64,000 bases of DNA, taken from the NCBI RefSeq assembly GCF_009914755.1, contig NC_060932.1; one strand, given 5' to 3'. Of this stretch, positions 1 through 14,886 are shown piece by piece (the first letter of the stretch is position 1; the number at the start of each line of letters is the position of its first letter). The notes under the pieces are model-generated. The model had not been told where the DNA came from, did not search any database, and saw only the letters and a list, made by a program, of their open reading frames with translations. The translations under genes were made by a program, and so were the position numbers. This DNA is from the human T2T-CHM13v2.0 reference genome, Homo sapiens.

Positions 1-937
1 CACAGAAATCAGTCTCACTGAGGCAGAAGGACTAGGGTGTGATCTGAAAATCCACATGTTTACCAAATACCTATAAGTGTCTGATTTTCAGTACCAATTC
101 AGGAGGTGTTATAGCAATTGCTTCAAAAATATGTAACTAGTATAACCTTTCTTCTTATACACTAAGAAAGTAATCATTCTCTTCAAGCATTCAGAGCTGA
201 AGCTTCTCAGAGCCTATCTGTGTGGGGTATTTCTGGTTCTTGAGCTGAGCTAAAGATCATCTGGAGTAAGGGGCTCCACTTTGATAGCTAATTCAATGGA
301 GACTTCAGTGCCAACACTACGAGATGGATTTCACTGAAGTTTAGAACGCCACAAAGCAAAGGCAAAACAACAATGCTCATGCTCCCCAGAAAGCTTCAGT
401 GTATGGGCTGCTAGACTCACTTGCAGGCTTAGCAAGAGAGGCACATTTGTGTAGAAGGCTGTCACACACCAGGCTTGAACCTGGATGCTAGAGAGAGACA
501 GGATAAGACATGACCAGGATAAAACAGACCTCCTTCCCTTAACATCAATCCACTGAGAGTTTCTGTTGGATTTGCAAGGGTCTTCACTTACAACTTTTGG
601 TCACAGAATTATTTGTAATGTTTGGAATTCTTTAATCAAAATAATATAGAAGTATTTTCTTTTCTAGAAACAAATGACTTTACATCAAAAGACACCTCCA
701 GATAAATAAAATAGAGCCGCTACATCCTATAATGCAAGGTTTTACATCACATTATATCATGAAAATTCCTCAAAGTAGAAAGAATTCCCATTATAACCCA
801 TTATTTCTCAATCAATAAGTTTGGCAGAGATTGCTTCATGTGAAACTTCAATAATTCTCAATAGAGTTTGGGGTGGGAGTGGGGATACCTTCTTACTCAT
901 TGGTTAAAAGGAAAAGCTTACCTAGTTATATAACTAT

Positions 938-1142
938 TGGCCAATATGGTGAAACTCTGTCTCTACTAAAAATACAAAAATTAGCCGGATGTGTAATCTC
1001 AGCTACTTGGGTGGCTGAGGCAGGAGAATCACTTGAACTTGGGAGGCTGAAGTTTCAGTGAGCCGAGATCATGCTATTGCGCTCCAGCTTGGGTGACAAG
1101 AGTGTAACTCTATCTCAAATAAATAAATAAATAAATAAATAA
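938..1142 (+). mobile_element. 5'-truncated Alu with small internal deletion and (AAAT)n tail
   Basis: GGTGAAAC..CTACTAAAAATACAAAAATTAGC linker, GAGGCAGGAGAATC, GCTCCAGCTTGGG. Confidence 0.92.
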
Positions 1143-2773
1143 TTGTTAACAATCATAGTCATGGTTATTATTATTTTTTTTTTGACATGGAGGGGAGACA
1201 CTCATTTCCACAACAGGAAACTGGAAAATTTTTCCCTTCACAACATCTCTTAAGATACAGCATTATTTGTCCTTCCACTGCTGTCTTTTAAAGTTGATTA
1301 TTTTTATATTCTAAGTGGGAAGATACTATATCTCTAATCACACGCATACGCACACACACACAGCTTTTCAAGTTAGTTTCATTAACAGCATCTACTGGCA
1401 TTCTTTATAGGTACAACTCTAGAGGTTGTTGTGATGCAAAAGAAGTGGGCATCATGAACCTATCCCTCGAAGAAAGTTTGAAAATCCCACACACTCATGA
1501 AGATGACACAAAGAACATCACCTTGCATCACCCACCCAGGTGTCACAGCTCTCACTGTGTTACTCACTTGGGTGCCACAGCCCTGCTAAGGAGGTGCTCA
1601 GCAAAATGACATGAAGACACCTGGTTAGACTGGGAAGGAAAGCACATGCTTCCCCAAAAAGGGAAGAAGTGTACTCACTCCTGGCACAGGGTGAGAATAA
1701 ACTATCCAAAGAAGATCAGAGAATAGAAAGTTTTTGGGAAGTTGGGTGAGGAGTGTGACTGATCGTGGGTGATGGAAGTTTCTTGATCATTTAAGAAAAA
1801 CAGCTCAGGAAAAGAAATGGCATCCTTTAATGGCAAAATGCAAGAATCCGAATGTCCAACAAATCATCATTAGTATACTGGGACCAGTGAAATGTTACGA
1901 TTCTGAATTGCCGGGGGTGGGGGAAAAGCTAGAGAACCCTTACAAATGCAAGGATACAAATGTTTATCTGGGCCTGGAGATGCCACTCGGGGTTTGGGAT
2001 GGGGGTGCTCAGGAGAATATTATAACCAGGCTGTTGCCTACAGCTCCCCATGCACAGCTCACCATGGTACTTTAGGATGTGATCACTGCTATATCGGAAA
2101 CTCACCTTGCTCAGTCTTGCTCCTCTTAATGCTTCCCTCCCTCACTCCATATTTTCCATCCTTCAAGGCCTCACCCAAGTCTCATCTGTCCAATAAGCTT
2201 TTCCTTGACTGTTACTCTTTGTACTGAGTTTATCTTCTGGAAACCTGAGCTCCCTAATAATTGATAGCAGGTAATTGACCTCTCCATTAGACCAGTACTA
2301 AGCAAGTCCCCCTTAGTCTTGTTTTCATTCTGACCTAAGTTCCTTAAGCTCATTTTCTATATTTATCCTGTCTGCCTCACATAGAGATGGATAAACCGTG
2401 TCTGACTCATGCCTTTGAAGGGCTTCATCTAGGCTGGAGTGGGAGCCAGAACTGTACTGTTGCTTGATAATTTCAATCCATGTGGTAAGTGACTAAAGGA
2501 TTTAGTGAGAACACGATTGTCATAAAGTATTAGGTGTGGGGACAGGTGAGGACCTTTCCATAGATTTTTGTTGGTGGGGAGGGGGACAGTTTGGAAGAAT
2601 GACTTTAAGGCCCACAAAAGATTTTAAGAGAGAAAAGAAGGTCTCTCAACTTTTTCCATCAATTTAAAAAAGTGAGTAGGGAAAGAAAAGATAAATAATA
2701 ATTGAGCTTATTTCTCAGACTTTATCTGGAGAACTTTGATATTTAACAGACTTTATCTGAACACTTTGCTGGG

Positions 2774-2940
2774 TTTTTTTTATTTTTTAGAGACAATGTC
2801 TCACTCTGTCACCCAGGCTAGAGTGCAGTGGCATGATCTTGGCTCACAGCAACCTCTGCCTCCCAGGTTCAAGCGACTCTCGTGCCTCAGCCTCTTGAGT
2901 AGCTGGGATTACAAGCGTGTCCGTCCCACCACACTCGGCT
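2774..2940 (-). mobile_element. Alu, right arm only
   Basis: T-rich tail, CACCCAGGCTAGAGTGCAGTGG, GTAGCTGGGATTACA. Confidence 0.92.
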
Positions 2941-5709
2941 GACTGGCTTCTTTCAAACTACATGATGTATAAAGGATTATCTTAGAAATCAGATTATAAT
3001 CACTATAGATTTAAATTATATAAAGAAAGTTAAATTCTGGACCTGTAAGCACCTTCTGAAAGGAGTTAAAATATTTTTGAATCTCCAGTAAATAGTCCAG
3101 CAGACTTTAAATCAAATAAAATTTTAAGTTGATTAAGTATCCATGGATTTTTACCTCATAAAATCTCACCTATTTGAGCGATGAATACCACTGGACCCCA
3201 GACATGGTACAAGAACTTCGCATCCACATACCATCGGAGCATGCCGCTAGGATGTTAACCTTGTTAGTCCAGCTGTCAGGATCCTAACAGAACACTGACG
3301 CATGGTCCAGATTCTGCCCTCCTAAGAAGGCTACTCACTCTCATAGCTCAGACATTGGCATATCACAGGTATATTAATGAAAACAAGTCTTGCTTGTGTA
3401 AGAAAAACTTCAAATTCAGAATGCAATAACATCCTATGGCTTTAGAGTACATTTATAGTTCAATCTTTCCACATCCATTTTCTGAGGTTATTTCCAACAT
3501 CATCATGTGAGATGGCTGAGGCAGGGTCCTCGTCTTCATTCAAAAAGTAGAGGATGGATAAGGTGACCATTATCTCTGGTGCCAGGTTATGGTTTTCTAA
3601 TCTGTCATGCCAAATCTACCTTTTAGATTTTCTGAATCGGTAATGTTGAAAGCAAATTGGTATTAAGTGGTATTAATTTTTGGCTACACAAAAATCATAG
3701 ACACACTAAGGGCAGAAATAATCATACCTAAGACATTTAATAAATACATTTGGAATCAAATGATCCCATTTTTAAAGGACTTCTTCATTGTAACTCCGTT
3801 TTAGGCTAGTAAATTTAAAAGTAAATTACATAAAGTGTCCCAGGGACAGTGCATCACAAAGATTTTGCTTTGCTTTCTTCTTATCAATGTTGGCTTCCTA
3901 CAGAGAAAGAGTGGTGGCCTTGTCAACCATAACAAACAAGAAACAGTCTTGCTTGAAGATCCTATATGGGACATGCAGTTCTGTAAGTGCTAAGCAATTT
4001 TAGTTTTAAAACAAACCCATCCCTCAAAACTTCTCTTAATACATCTTCACTACCTCTTCGTAGTTAAGAACACAGCCTATGTCGATTTAAACATTACTTA
4101 AAATATTAAATCAAAGTTCTGTGTATGATTTAACCTGGATAATACTGCCCAGTTATAACTTCAAAAAGCTTTTTTTTTTTTTTAAGAAAAAAAAAAAAGG
4201 AGTAACAAGTAGGTCAAAGGTCTGCTTCACAGAGAACAAGGACTCACATTAAAAACCAGAATCCCAGCCAACATAAGAATGCTGGAACCTGCTGGGGCCT
4301 GTCTGTACTTGCCATGTTTTAGAGCATTTTCTAGCACTTACTGGGCAAGCAGGATGCTGTTTGTCCCTCGTGTATTTTCACAGAAGTCCATTTGCTTTCC
4401 ATCTCTGGCCTCTTTGCCATGGGCTATGTCCATCATCAAGCACGATCTATGTGGCAGAAGTTAGTGCAGCTCCCTGGGGAAAAGCTTTCGAAGGCCAGAT
4501 GGGCTATTTAAAACCAGGATTTTCCCCCTTCCTTAGAAGATAGATTTTAAATGACCAAGTTTTCCTTTTTGTCCCAGTAATAGTTTTTATTTCCAAAGAG
4601 AACTTTTAACACAGGTTATAAAGACTGCAAAGCCTTTACATTTACCTGTCTTGATATATTTCTATATATTTTAATTAAAAACAACTCATGAAGAAAACAA
4701 TATTGGTATGGGTCACTAATTATTGCTGTGCCTAGATGTCAAGAAATTTTTATCCAGTTTTTAACACCTGAAATATACAAGATGCCAAAAGAAGTGAAAC
4801 AAAATATTACTTATACAATCAATTTAAGCAAAAAAAAAAATCTAGAACATAAAATGCCAAGAACTAAAAAATAAATATGAGAAGAGTGGCAAAGCAATTA
4901 AGGGGCAATTCTGCACATCAGTGCAAGCTGCAACAGCTATTCTTCAATTTCATTTTACGTCAGAAAGTACAAATCTCAAATGCTTTATCACAGATTACTT
5001 TTTTAAGCTTAATGTATATTTTCCTAAAACCACTATCTTTTAAAGTAAAAATACCTTTTCTATAGATAATAAAAAAATTTTAAAGCATAACAGCATATTT
5101 AGTTAAGCAATTTTTAGGTTATAAATGACTAATAAACTTAAATGGTTCAGGCGTACATTTGAAAAGCTACAGAGAGGCAGATCAAAGGAAACAAGGGTGA
5201 TGTTACTGGATCATTCCCACTTCATAATGAGGCAGGGATGCATGAGGTGTGATGGCCGCAGAGCTGTGCCTCTTCCACGTACCCTTTAACAAACCTCTGC
5301 CCTGATTTATTGTCTTTCCTTAGTAGTTTGAACCCCAATCTCTTTAGCAGAACAAACAACATTATACACAAAGAGGGAGTGAGAATTTGTGTTATTTTCT
5401 TCTCTAAGTGAGAGCAATAAAACCTAAAGGAAAATAAACAAAGCAGGGTTTCCAGGGCCCTCTGAGTTTAGTACATGTACATCTGTGCAGCCCCTTCGAT
5501 CTATCATGGCAGATCCTGACACCTTCCCTGGTGTGGGATGATGGGAATGTCCTATACCATTATTGATATTCTGGGACAATAAAACACTCAGAAAGGCATT
5601 CTATACCACCATCGTGATGATTCTGTGATGTCTCCAACCAGCTCTATCTACGAGTATTAACACAAGGAAAGATGGCATTAAACATACGATGACAATTAGC
5701 TGAAATGTC

Positions 5710-6165
5710 TTATTTATGTTTTATATATATTTTTAACTTTTAAGTTCAGAGGTACATGTGCAGGTTTGTTATGTAAACTTGTGTCATGGAGGTTTGGTGT
5801 ACAGATTATTTCATCACCCAGGTATTAAGCCTAGTACACATTAGTTATTTTTCCTGATCCTCTCTGTCTTCCCACCCTTCGTTCTCTGACAGGTCCCAGT
5901 GTGTGTTGTTCCCCTCTACATGTCCATATGTTCTCATTATTTAGCTCCCACTTATAGGTGAGAACATATGGTAGCTGGTTTTCTGTTCTTGTGTTAGTTT
6001 GCTAAGGATAATGGCCTCCAGCTCCATCCATGTTCCTGCAAAGGACATGATCTCATTCTTTTTGTATAGCTGCATAATATTCCATGGTGTATATGTACCA
6101 CATTTTCTTTATCCAGTTTACCATTGATGGGCATTTAGGTTGATTCCATAACTTTGTCTTTGCTC
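5710..6165 (-). mobile_element. L1 3'-end fragment (older L1PA-like)
   Basis: GTACATGTGCAGGTTTGTTA, CATCACCCAGGTATTAAGCCTAG, GCTCCCACTTATAGGTGAGAACAT, TCCATGGTGTATATGTACCACATTTTC match the L1 3' UTR/ORF2 end. Confidence 0.9.
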
Positions 6166-7895
6166 TTCTAAATGGTGAATTAACTGAATTTTTATTATGC
6201 TACATTCCAAATTCATTTCCCCAAATGAAGAAAATCAGAGTTTTTTATGAACCTTAATTTCTAACATTCATTGTGACATAGACCTCTCCACTTCTAACAA
6301 ACATTTGTATATTTTAGACATAATACTAGATACTGGAGATTAAAATATGACTAAAGATGTTCATTACCTTTAATAATCTAGAATCACTAGAACTAAGCTA
6401 TTATGGAAAGCTGGGTTTTCCACAGAGCTGAGGCTTAACCAGTTAAATAACAACTTAATTTTAATGGTTTTGTTTTGTAGGTGTGTGAAAATTGTTTGCA
6501 CGTGAACTACAGACTGCCTTACCTCAGCCAAATTGCTAAACAAAATTTTATTTTCCTCATATGATTGGGCACCACCATTATAAAGATAGCTCATTGTTTT
6601 CTGTATTAGATGGAACCATAAATCTATATTATATGTGGAGTTAAATGGATAGCGACACCAGTGATAGGTACAGACCTTGCATTTTTAAAGGTTTGATTTC
6701 AAGTTAGTTGTTTCTTTTACATAAAAGGAGAATAAAGGTTATTTATGACACACTGGGGAGATATTCTGTGAAAGCAATCAGAGGCCGAAGCTGCTTCTGC
6801 TAAGCAGTTTTCTTACCTTTCATGCATGCGTGCACACACGCACAAACTCACACACAACACCCCGTTTCACTATTGTGGCCAGTGCCCTTTGATTGGTAAG
6901 CAGCAGTAAAAACATATTGTTTGCAGAACTGACCCAAGGGTCTCCAGGCACACTCTGTCCATCCACACCCACCCATTCAGCTAACTCATCTGCATCAGCT
7001 TTGTCAATGGTGTGTGAAGAAAAACCCCCTCAGACCATTCCAAAACTTCTTCCAGAAAAACCAAAGCTAACACTGCGGAACAGGAAAATGTCAAAAATGA
7101 ATAAGCAAAGATTTCACCTCCTCAGGTTGAACTCTACAGTTGTTTATGAAGAAGAACACTTTGTCTTTCTCAGCTGAACTTAAGTTTCTAATCTTTTAGT
7201 GGTGCACAAAAGAAAAATTAAAGCATGAATAGAATTTTCCAGTGATCTTACAGCAAAGGTGAAAACAATCAGATTTCCCAATCACTGAGGTTTTATTTCA
7301 TGGAATTTTAGTATTAGAGCATGCACGACGAAAATCTGATCCTTGTTTAGTTTAAAATGGCATGTGTCAGATTCACAGAAGCCTGCTTGGCAGGACAGAA
7401 GTGTTGAAAGTTGGAGCTGAAAGGGTGATTCCAGAAGGATCACTTGGAGCAAATGAGGGCACCAAGTAAGGCTGGCCCAGTTCACAAGGTTTGACAGTGG
7501 CAAAATGGCCGTAAATTGCCAAATCTGCTCTTAAAAGGCTGTGCAAGTGTCAAAGCACTGACAGTGCTCAGAAATGAGTTTTCTAAGAAGTTTTTTTTAG
7601 AGCTTCATGAATTGGTGTTTGACTAGTTATATAACTAAGTATGTAATGCAATGGTTTAGTTCTAACGATCAAGCCTGCCCTTCAGAAAAATTTAAAGACC
7701 AAGCAACAACATTTTGGCTTTTTGTAGTTTTCTTTAAAAGCCACTCCTGTGAGCTCTGTAATTTAGGTGTATGTACAACAACGAGGTCTGACAGTTCTAA
7801 GCCATTCTCCGTTTTGAGTAGCCATTCTTAACTGTTGATATCATACAAACTAAATTACTAATTTTATGCATTCTTTAGCATTTTCAGGTTCTTAT

Positions 7896-8186
7896 TATTT
7901 ATTTATTATTTAGTTAGTTTTTTGAAAACACAGTCTCACTCCATTGCCCAGGCGGGAGTGCAGTGGCACGATCTTGTCTCACTGAACCTCACGGTCCCAA
8001 GATTCTCCTACCTCAGCCTCCCAAGTAGCTGGGATTACAGGCACGTGACATTACACCTGGCTAATTTTTGTATTTTTAATAGAGACGGGGTTTTGCCATG
8101 TTGGCCAGGCTGGTCTCAAACTCCTGACCTTGGGTGATCTGCCCACCTCGGCCTCCCAAAGTGCTGGGATTACAGGCGTGAGCCAT
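7896..8186 (-). mobile_element. AluS-like, near full length
   Basis: Two arms; TSD AGGTTCTTAT at 7886-7895 and 8187-8196. Confidence 0.93.
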
Positions 8187-8989
8187 AGGTTCTTATCTTT
8201 TCAAAGTTACTGTTCAGAGTTATGTAAAGATTAAATAAGATGTCACAAGGGAAATAACTAGGTTAGTCCTTGGCATATAAAAAGTAAACAATAAATGTCA
8301 ACTGTTATTTTATTTTGTTGTATGGGCACTAGAGTTTTCCATCTCTACATAGCACAGCTTATCACATTCCCATCTTCTTCCCTAATTTTCTGAACTAAAC
8401 AATTTGATGCTTCAATGACTGGTGGAGACCTCTTTCTCCACCCATTCTTAGCACTCAGAGATGTGACTGCAGGGCCTATGACCAACAAGGACTTGGTTGA
8501 TGACTGTCTCTCTCCCACCACCACTGCAAAGCTGAGTTTATTTTTTGCCAGCGGCTCTTCCTTGCTTCCTCACTCTCATTTTCCAACACCCCATTCACCA
8601 CTGCTGCCATACAGCTTTTCCTCTCTCCTGATTTTTTTCTTCATGTTGTTTCTCCCCCGCTTTTTCGGTATCATGTACAAAAAGCTTGACCTTTGTTGAT
8701 AGTAAGTTTCCTTCCATGCCAGCATATTAATTACATCTGGCTCCTTTTTTGCTATGCTTATTTGGTTATTGGTTTCTTAAAGTTCTCTTTCATGGCTAAA
8801 ATATATTTTGTTATATATATTATTACACATATTAAAATTTTAATTACACTTTGTGTGTTGTGGGGGGAAGAGAAGGAGCATTTAGGTAATGCTACCTAAT
8901 CTGGAACTATTCCAGAAAGCTGGACCATAATGATAATAATGAAAATAATAGTAATCACATCACCACTGCAATGAGAGCAGTAAAATTGA

Positions 8990-9210
8990 CAACAATCATT
9001 TGAGTTCTTACTATGTACCACAGGTTGGTCAGAGTGATTTACAGACAATCTCAATGATATCTCACAACAGTATTGTGGGAGTAGATCTCATGCCCATATT
9101 CCAGATAAGGAAACACATGTGAAGGAGTCATTGCATGCTGAAGGCCCACAGAAAGCAAAGGTAGAACTGCTGACAGCCAATCTTACTCCAGAACCCATAC
9201 TGCTAACCAG
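8990..9210 (-). mobile_element. MIR fragment
   Basis: CATTTGAGTTCTTACTATGTACCA ... CCCATATTCCAGATAAGGAAAC resembles the MIR core. Confidence 0.65.
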
Positions 9211-9924
9211 GAAGCCAGATTTCACTGTACCTTTACTCCAGTCTTTCTAAGTCTGATAGAACCAAAGAGCTGATCATCATAAGTTTTCTTTAAATTAATC
9301 AGCAAAACACTTAGAGGATGCATACATGTCACACTTCAGTTTTTGGGGCTACTAGAATATTTCCCCTGGGCTACTAGAATAGTTCTTCTATCATTGTAAA
9401 ATTCTGATATTAAATTTGAACAGGTAAATCTCTGAATAACTAGTCATCATACCTTATATTTTTAAAGTTGAAAAGATTTCCCGGAAATAAAGCTAGGCAA
9501 AAATATCCCCCATATTGCCAAAATATATTCTCATCCAGGATTCAAATACATTTTAATAGCTATAAGATGAAATTGATAAAAGCAAATAATCACTGTTATT
9601 CATTAAGGATTAAAAGAACTGAGAGAATTTTGAAAATAATTTTAGACATTGTAGAAATTGCTATATTAAAAAACATGTATTAAAAAGACACTCAAAGGTC
9701 AACAGACTCCCGCAACTAGGTGCACAAAATCATTGAATAATGAGAAGCAGTATACATACTGCATTTAATATTTAAGAACTACGTATTAATCACAATTAAG
9801 TACCCAAATCTGGCCATATACATTCTGTAGCAAATTATATAGCATTATCCATCATCATTTTGGCAAGTTAATTTTCAAATTAATAGTATATGATCATCTG
9901 GCTTAATATGTGGAAGTCATATTA

Positions 9925-10159
9925 CAGGTTGAATATCCCTTATCTGAAATGCTTGGGACCAGAAATGTTTTGGATTTTGAATTTTTTTCAAATTTTGGAA
10001 TATTTGCATTATATGCTGGTTGAGCATTCCTAACCCAAAAATCTGAAATCCAGAATGCTCCTATAAGCATTTTCTTTGAGAATCACGTGAGTGCTCAAAA
10101 AGTTTTAAATTTTGAATCATTTTGGATTTCAGATTTTTGGATTAGGAATACTCAACCTG
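9925..10159. mobile_element. Tigger4a/MER46-type non-autonomous TcMar DNA transposon (MITE)
   Basis: TIRs CAGGTTGAATATCCCT / AGGAATACTCAACCTG with a TA target duplication on both sides. Confidence 0.88.
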
Positions 10160-10553
10160 TATATCCAATAGTCTAAAACTGAGTAAATTATCATTATAAA
10201 GATAGTCATGTGAAATAATGCCTCAGTCATGGGAAATGGGTCCTAATGTCCCACAGAAAGGCCATTCAACTAAGGGATGAATAAAAACACACAAAAAGTT
10301 TTAATGCAATATCCAGTAAGCCCAGATGATAATAAATCTATGGCTAGAAAAGCAGTGCCTAATTTGGTGCTATACATGTCCTTATTTCTTTTAAATGATA
10401 ATTTTATTTTCTTCCAAATTCATTTCCTTTTCTACTCATTCATTTCCCCTTTTTATGCACTATACTGTAATGGCTGGTTTGTCTTTTTCTGAATTGTTCC
10501 TGCTGCATAAGTTTTGATCTGGGAGAAGAGCAAGATGAAAGTAACTCTCAAGC

Positions 10554-10865
10554 ACAATATTTCTCAAACTATCTGAGGTCCAGGATTGGTTTTTTCCTCC
10601 AATCCTTCACAGACTGACAACTGAGCAAAATACAAAGTAATGTACTTCTAAAAGAAAAAAAATTTTCTAAAAAAAGAGACAGTATAAGTCTCATTTTAAA
10701 AAATTATTATTTGATTCAATAAACATAAAATTTATTATTGACTGACTATGAAAGTTTCTAGATGCTAACTCTCAGTTTCTGTACTTAGCTTTAGCTTTTG
10801 GTGGACGGGTAATGGCAAGGCTGTGGATGGGCGCAGGCCCAGAACCATACAATTCTGTAGCTCTG
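10554..10865. mobile_element. hAT-Charlie DNA transposon remnant (Charlie18a-like)
   Basis: Ends CAATATTTCTCAAACT / GTAGCTCTG; internal GAAAGTTTCTAGATGCTAACTCTCAGTTTCTGTACTTA; subfamily from recall. Confidence 0.55.
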
Positions 10866-12969
10866 CTCTGGGCAGGGCACTTCACTTGCCTCTTTCCCAC
10901 TTTTAGGATCCACTTCTCCTCAAGGAGACCTGGATACCACGGGCACCCTGCTAGACCCTGGGACCCCTCCAGCACTCTTTATTTTCCTGATGTCTCCCGG
11001 AGGAATCTGCAATTGCATAATTTAGTTGGTTGCTTGTCTACTGTCTCTCTCTTTGGCAAGAATGAAAGCTCTATGAGCAAACAGACCTTGTCTGCCTTAT
11101 GATCCATTTTATTACTAGAGCCTAGGACTGTTAAATTCATTAATAAAGTCTTTCCATCACTTTTTGTTCTTTATATTCCTTTACTCAATTGATATTCAGC
11201 ATGTGCAGAACAGTTCTTTTCCAAGGCTGCATAAAAGTTTTGGAATGAGGCACATAAATAATATCCTTCTACCAATAAATGCTATCTGTTATAAAATAGT
11301 TTTTATTTTATAATCACTGAATATGTCAAAACTTTACAGTTCAGGCCTTTTGAATCAAATGCAAAATCAAATATGAAAAGGTTAATGATCTTGTCCACTA
11401 AAATTGTAGTTTGCCATACAGGAAAATAGACTCTTAAAAATGATAAATAAAAAAAAATCATTCTTAAGGAAACATATTAATAAGACATTTAAAAAGGCTA
11501 AGATCTTTAATGTGAAAAATAATAAGATAAAGATGACAACCACTGAAGAGAAGAAAAAACGTTTTATGTTTTTTCTAAATGTGTGTAAAAACAAAATCTT
11601 GTACCTACCAAAATGACACTTTTTTCAAAGAAAGGTATCAAATGTGTATACTTTAACACACAGCCCTTCCTTGTGTAAATATATAGGAAATCCTTAAAGG
11701 AGCATAAAACAATTTACTTAGAAATTCTATACTTAAACTTATTCAAAGGAAATAATTAAAGGTGTGTAGATAAGATATGCATAGCATTGCTCTAAATGTC
11801 AAATAGTAGGGAACTAGGTAAATAAGATATATCTATTTAGGGAATTAGTCAAGTAAGATATACCTATTTAGCTAATTCCATGTAGCCATCAAAAGGATAC
11901 CATAGAACAGAACTTATTGATGTGAAAAGATGATTAAAATGTACTTGTTACTAAAAACAGCAGGCTGCAATACTGTATTAAATAATGAGCCCATGCTGTA
12001 TATCTAGACAAACATATATCATAATGATAATAATAAATGTATGAGACTTATATTTTTGCTTCTCTGTATTTTCTAATTTGTCTGTGATAAACAAATATTA
12101 TTAATGTAATGAAGAATAAGCTAAAATATACAAAAACAATAACAACTATAAAAAGAACCCCTTCAATCAAAAAGAGATCATCAGGGATTTAATTCAACTA
12201 TGGATTGGCACTATTAGGAGGCCAAATATGATTCGTTGAACTGAACTGTAGTAAAGACAAGATATTAGGAAAATGTTTAAATTATGTGAGAACTATTCTC
12301 AAGCACTTTAAAGATCTATTTGCAAGATAACAATGTGCTAACTTTAAGTAATGTCTATGTATTCTTGAGACCAGCTTTGACAATGACAGCTGTCATTCCA
12401 TTTGACTTGTACTTACATTATGTTTTGTCTATATTTTCAAAAACAGAACCCAGGGACTGATTCTTACAAGCATTTTCTTAAAGATTCACTGGGTGTCTGT
12501 AAATCTGATCAAGCTGTTCTTTGGGAGATCATTATTCAACACTTATCACATACTTTATTTCTACAGCTATGACTGTCACTCCCCAAGCTTCACTTCATAA
12601 TGAAAATAAAGAATACAGCCCTTTTGGAAAAGTTGGATGGTAATACCAAGTGCGTAAGTTTTTAGTACATGCCATATCACAACCTCCTACGTGGCTGACT
12701 TTTGACTTTTTCATTTCTTTTATAACTGACAGAAGACACAAAGGCAAAAATGTCAACTTCACAAAAAATCTTAGTGCTTTTTGGAAAGAATGTTATAGAT
12801 CATCCAGTCTAACCCCCTGATGTTATAAATATGGAAATTTAGGCCTAGAAAATAGGTAAGTGATGAATCAAACTAGAAGCAGGTGTCCTGCCTCTAAGCC
12901 CAATCCAGTTGCCATCATCATTTACTATTTACATGGAACATCAGGTTCTACTTTAGAAGTTAACTATCA

Positions 12970-13230
<261 letters not shown>

Positions 13231-14585
13231 TTAACTACAAATGCTTCCCCAATCTTATCTCAAAAATAAAGGGTATACATGCATTCAGTGAAATACCATA
13301 AAGTACAACTTCAGTTTTTTAAATCCAGGATTACAGATTTGAATGTCTATTCACATTATTCTCTCTTGTTTTATTGCACTTCAAGACATATCCCTTCTAT
13401 AAAATGTAACTCCAGTGATATATTTTCATACTTAATTTTGTTGTTTTAATTATGTAAGAGTTGAAGATCATCTCCTTCACAGTAAAGAAATAGCCATAAT
13501 TAAATTTTAGCTAAATGTTCCCAAAGTTGCTATATTGACTAGTGTTAAAAATAAAATCCTTTTTTATATTAAAAATATTAATTAGATCCTATACCATCAC
13601 AGTATTTTTCCCTCCTTTACTCTTTCTACTACAAAGCTGATTTCAGTACCAACTCATTTTGAAGTCCAAAGAAGCAATACTGGGCACAGAACTAAACAAC
13701 ATGGTGGAAAGGCTTTTCCTGAATATCTAGGTCCTATCAGAAAATAAGCACAAAGGAAGCAGAACACTAATGAGCTGAATCTTATAAAACAGCAGTGATT
13801 TATAAACAAGTGAGGTTGACCAGCAGTTTCCTTTTGTCCCTGTTAGTGTGAAATATTTGACTATAATTGTTTTCGATGTAGTCTAAAGTACCTTTGTTTT
13901 TATCATATGATAATATAAAAATGATGTATCTGTGGCCCCCAAATACTTCCCCAAACACCAGGCTAACATCGTAATTTTGGGACTTGGATTTGGCAGCACT
14001 GAGGTATGGGGCTCAGCTCTGTCTTTAATTAATTACAATTAAAGACAGTCATACATGTTAACAACTCTCCTTCATTCTCACAGAGGGAGGGAAGAAAAAT
14101 TTCTGCCGAGGGAATTCACATTTTTTAATAATTTTGCTTCGTACTTAAGATAAATGATATCTTTAGGATCTAGAATACACAGTAGTCTTACTGTTTATTT
14201 CCATTTTAGGGGAATCTCATCAGCAGAGTACAGCTAGGTAATTGTTTTAAGGCAGTGGGAGAATCTGACTCTTGGCTGAGAGTGCCTACTTTAATTCCTG
14301 CAGTATCTCTAAATAACTTCATAATGACCTTAACATTTAAGTCTTAACACAACCTTAACATTTTAAAAATGTGATTTTCCCTGTAAAGGTGATCCCAAAC
14401 CAATGAATAACCCACACATAGAAATGGTCCCTGGAAATACACCTGCCCCAGACAGGTGGCATGATGGCTTTAGAAAATCCCTTTCTTTCCATGTTGTCAC
14501 CCCTAGGGATTTTCCACCTCTTGCTGCATTTGAGACTATACTGATCTGCTTCCAGCCTTCACCTATACCAATAAAATACCAATAA

Positions 14586-14886
<301 letters not shown>

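Noticed and set aside
865-890. G-rich runs as a G-quadruplex (also 2573-2586, 22004-22019)
   Set aside because: Fewer than four G3 tracts
5700-5750. Sense-oriented L1 3' end as an intronic polyadenylation site
   Set aside because: No intact AATAAA on the minus strand at the L1 tail
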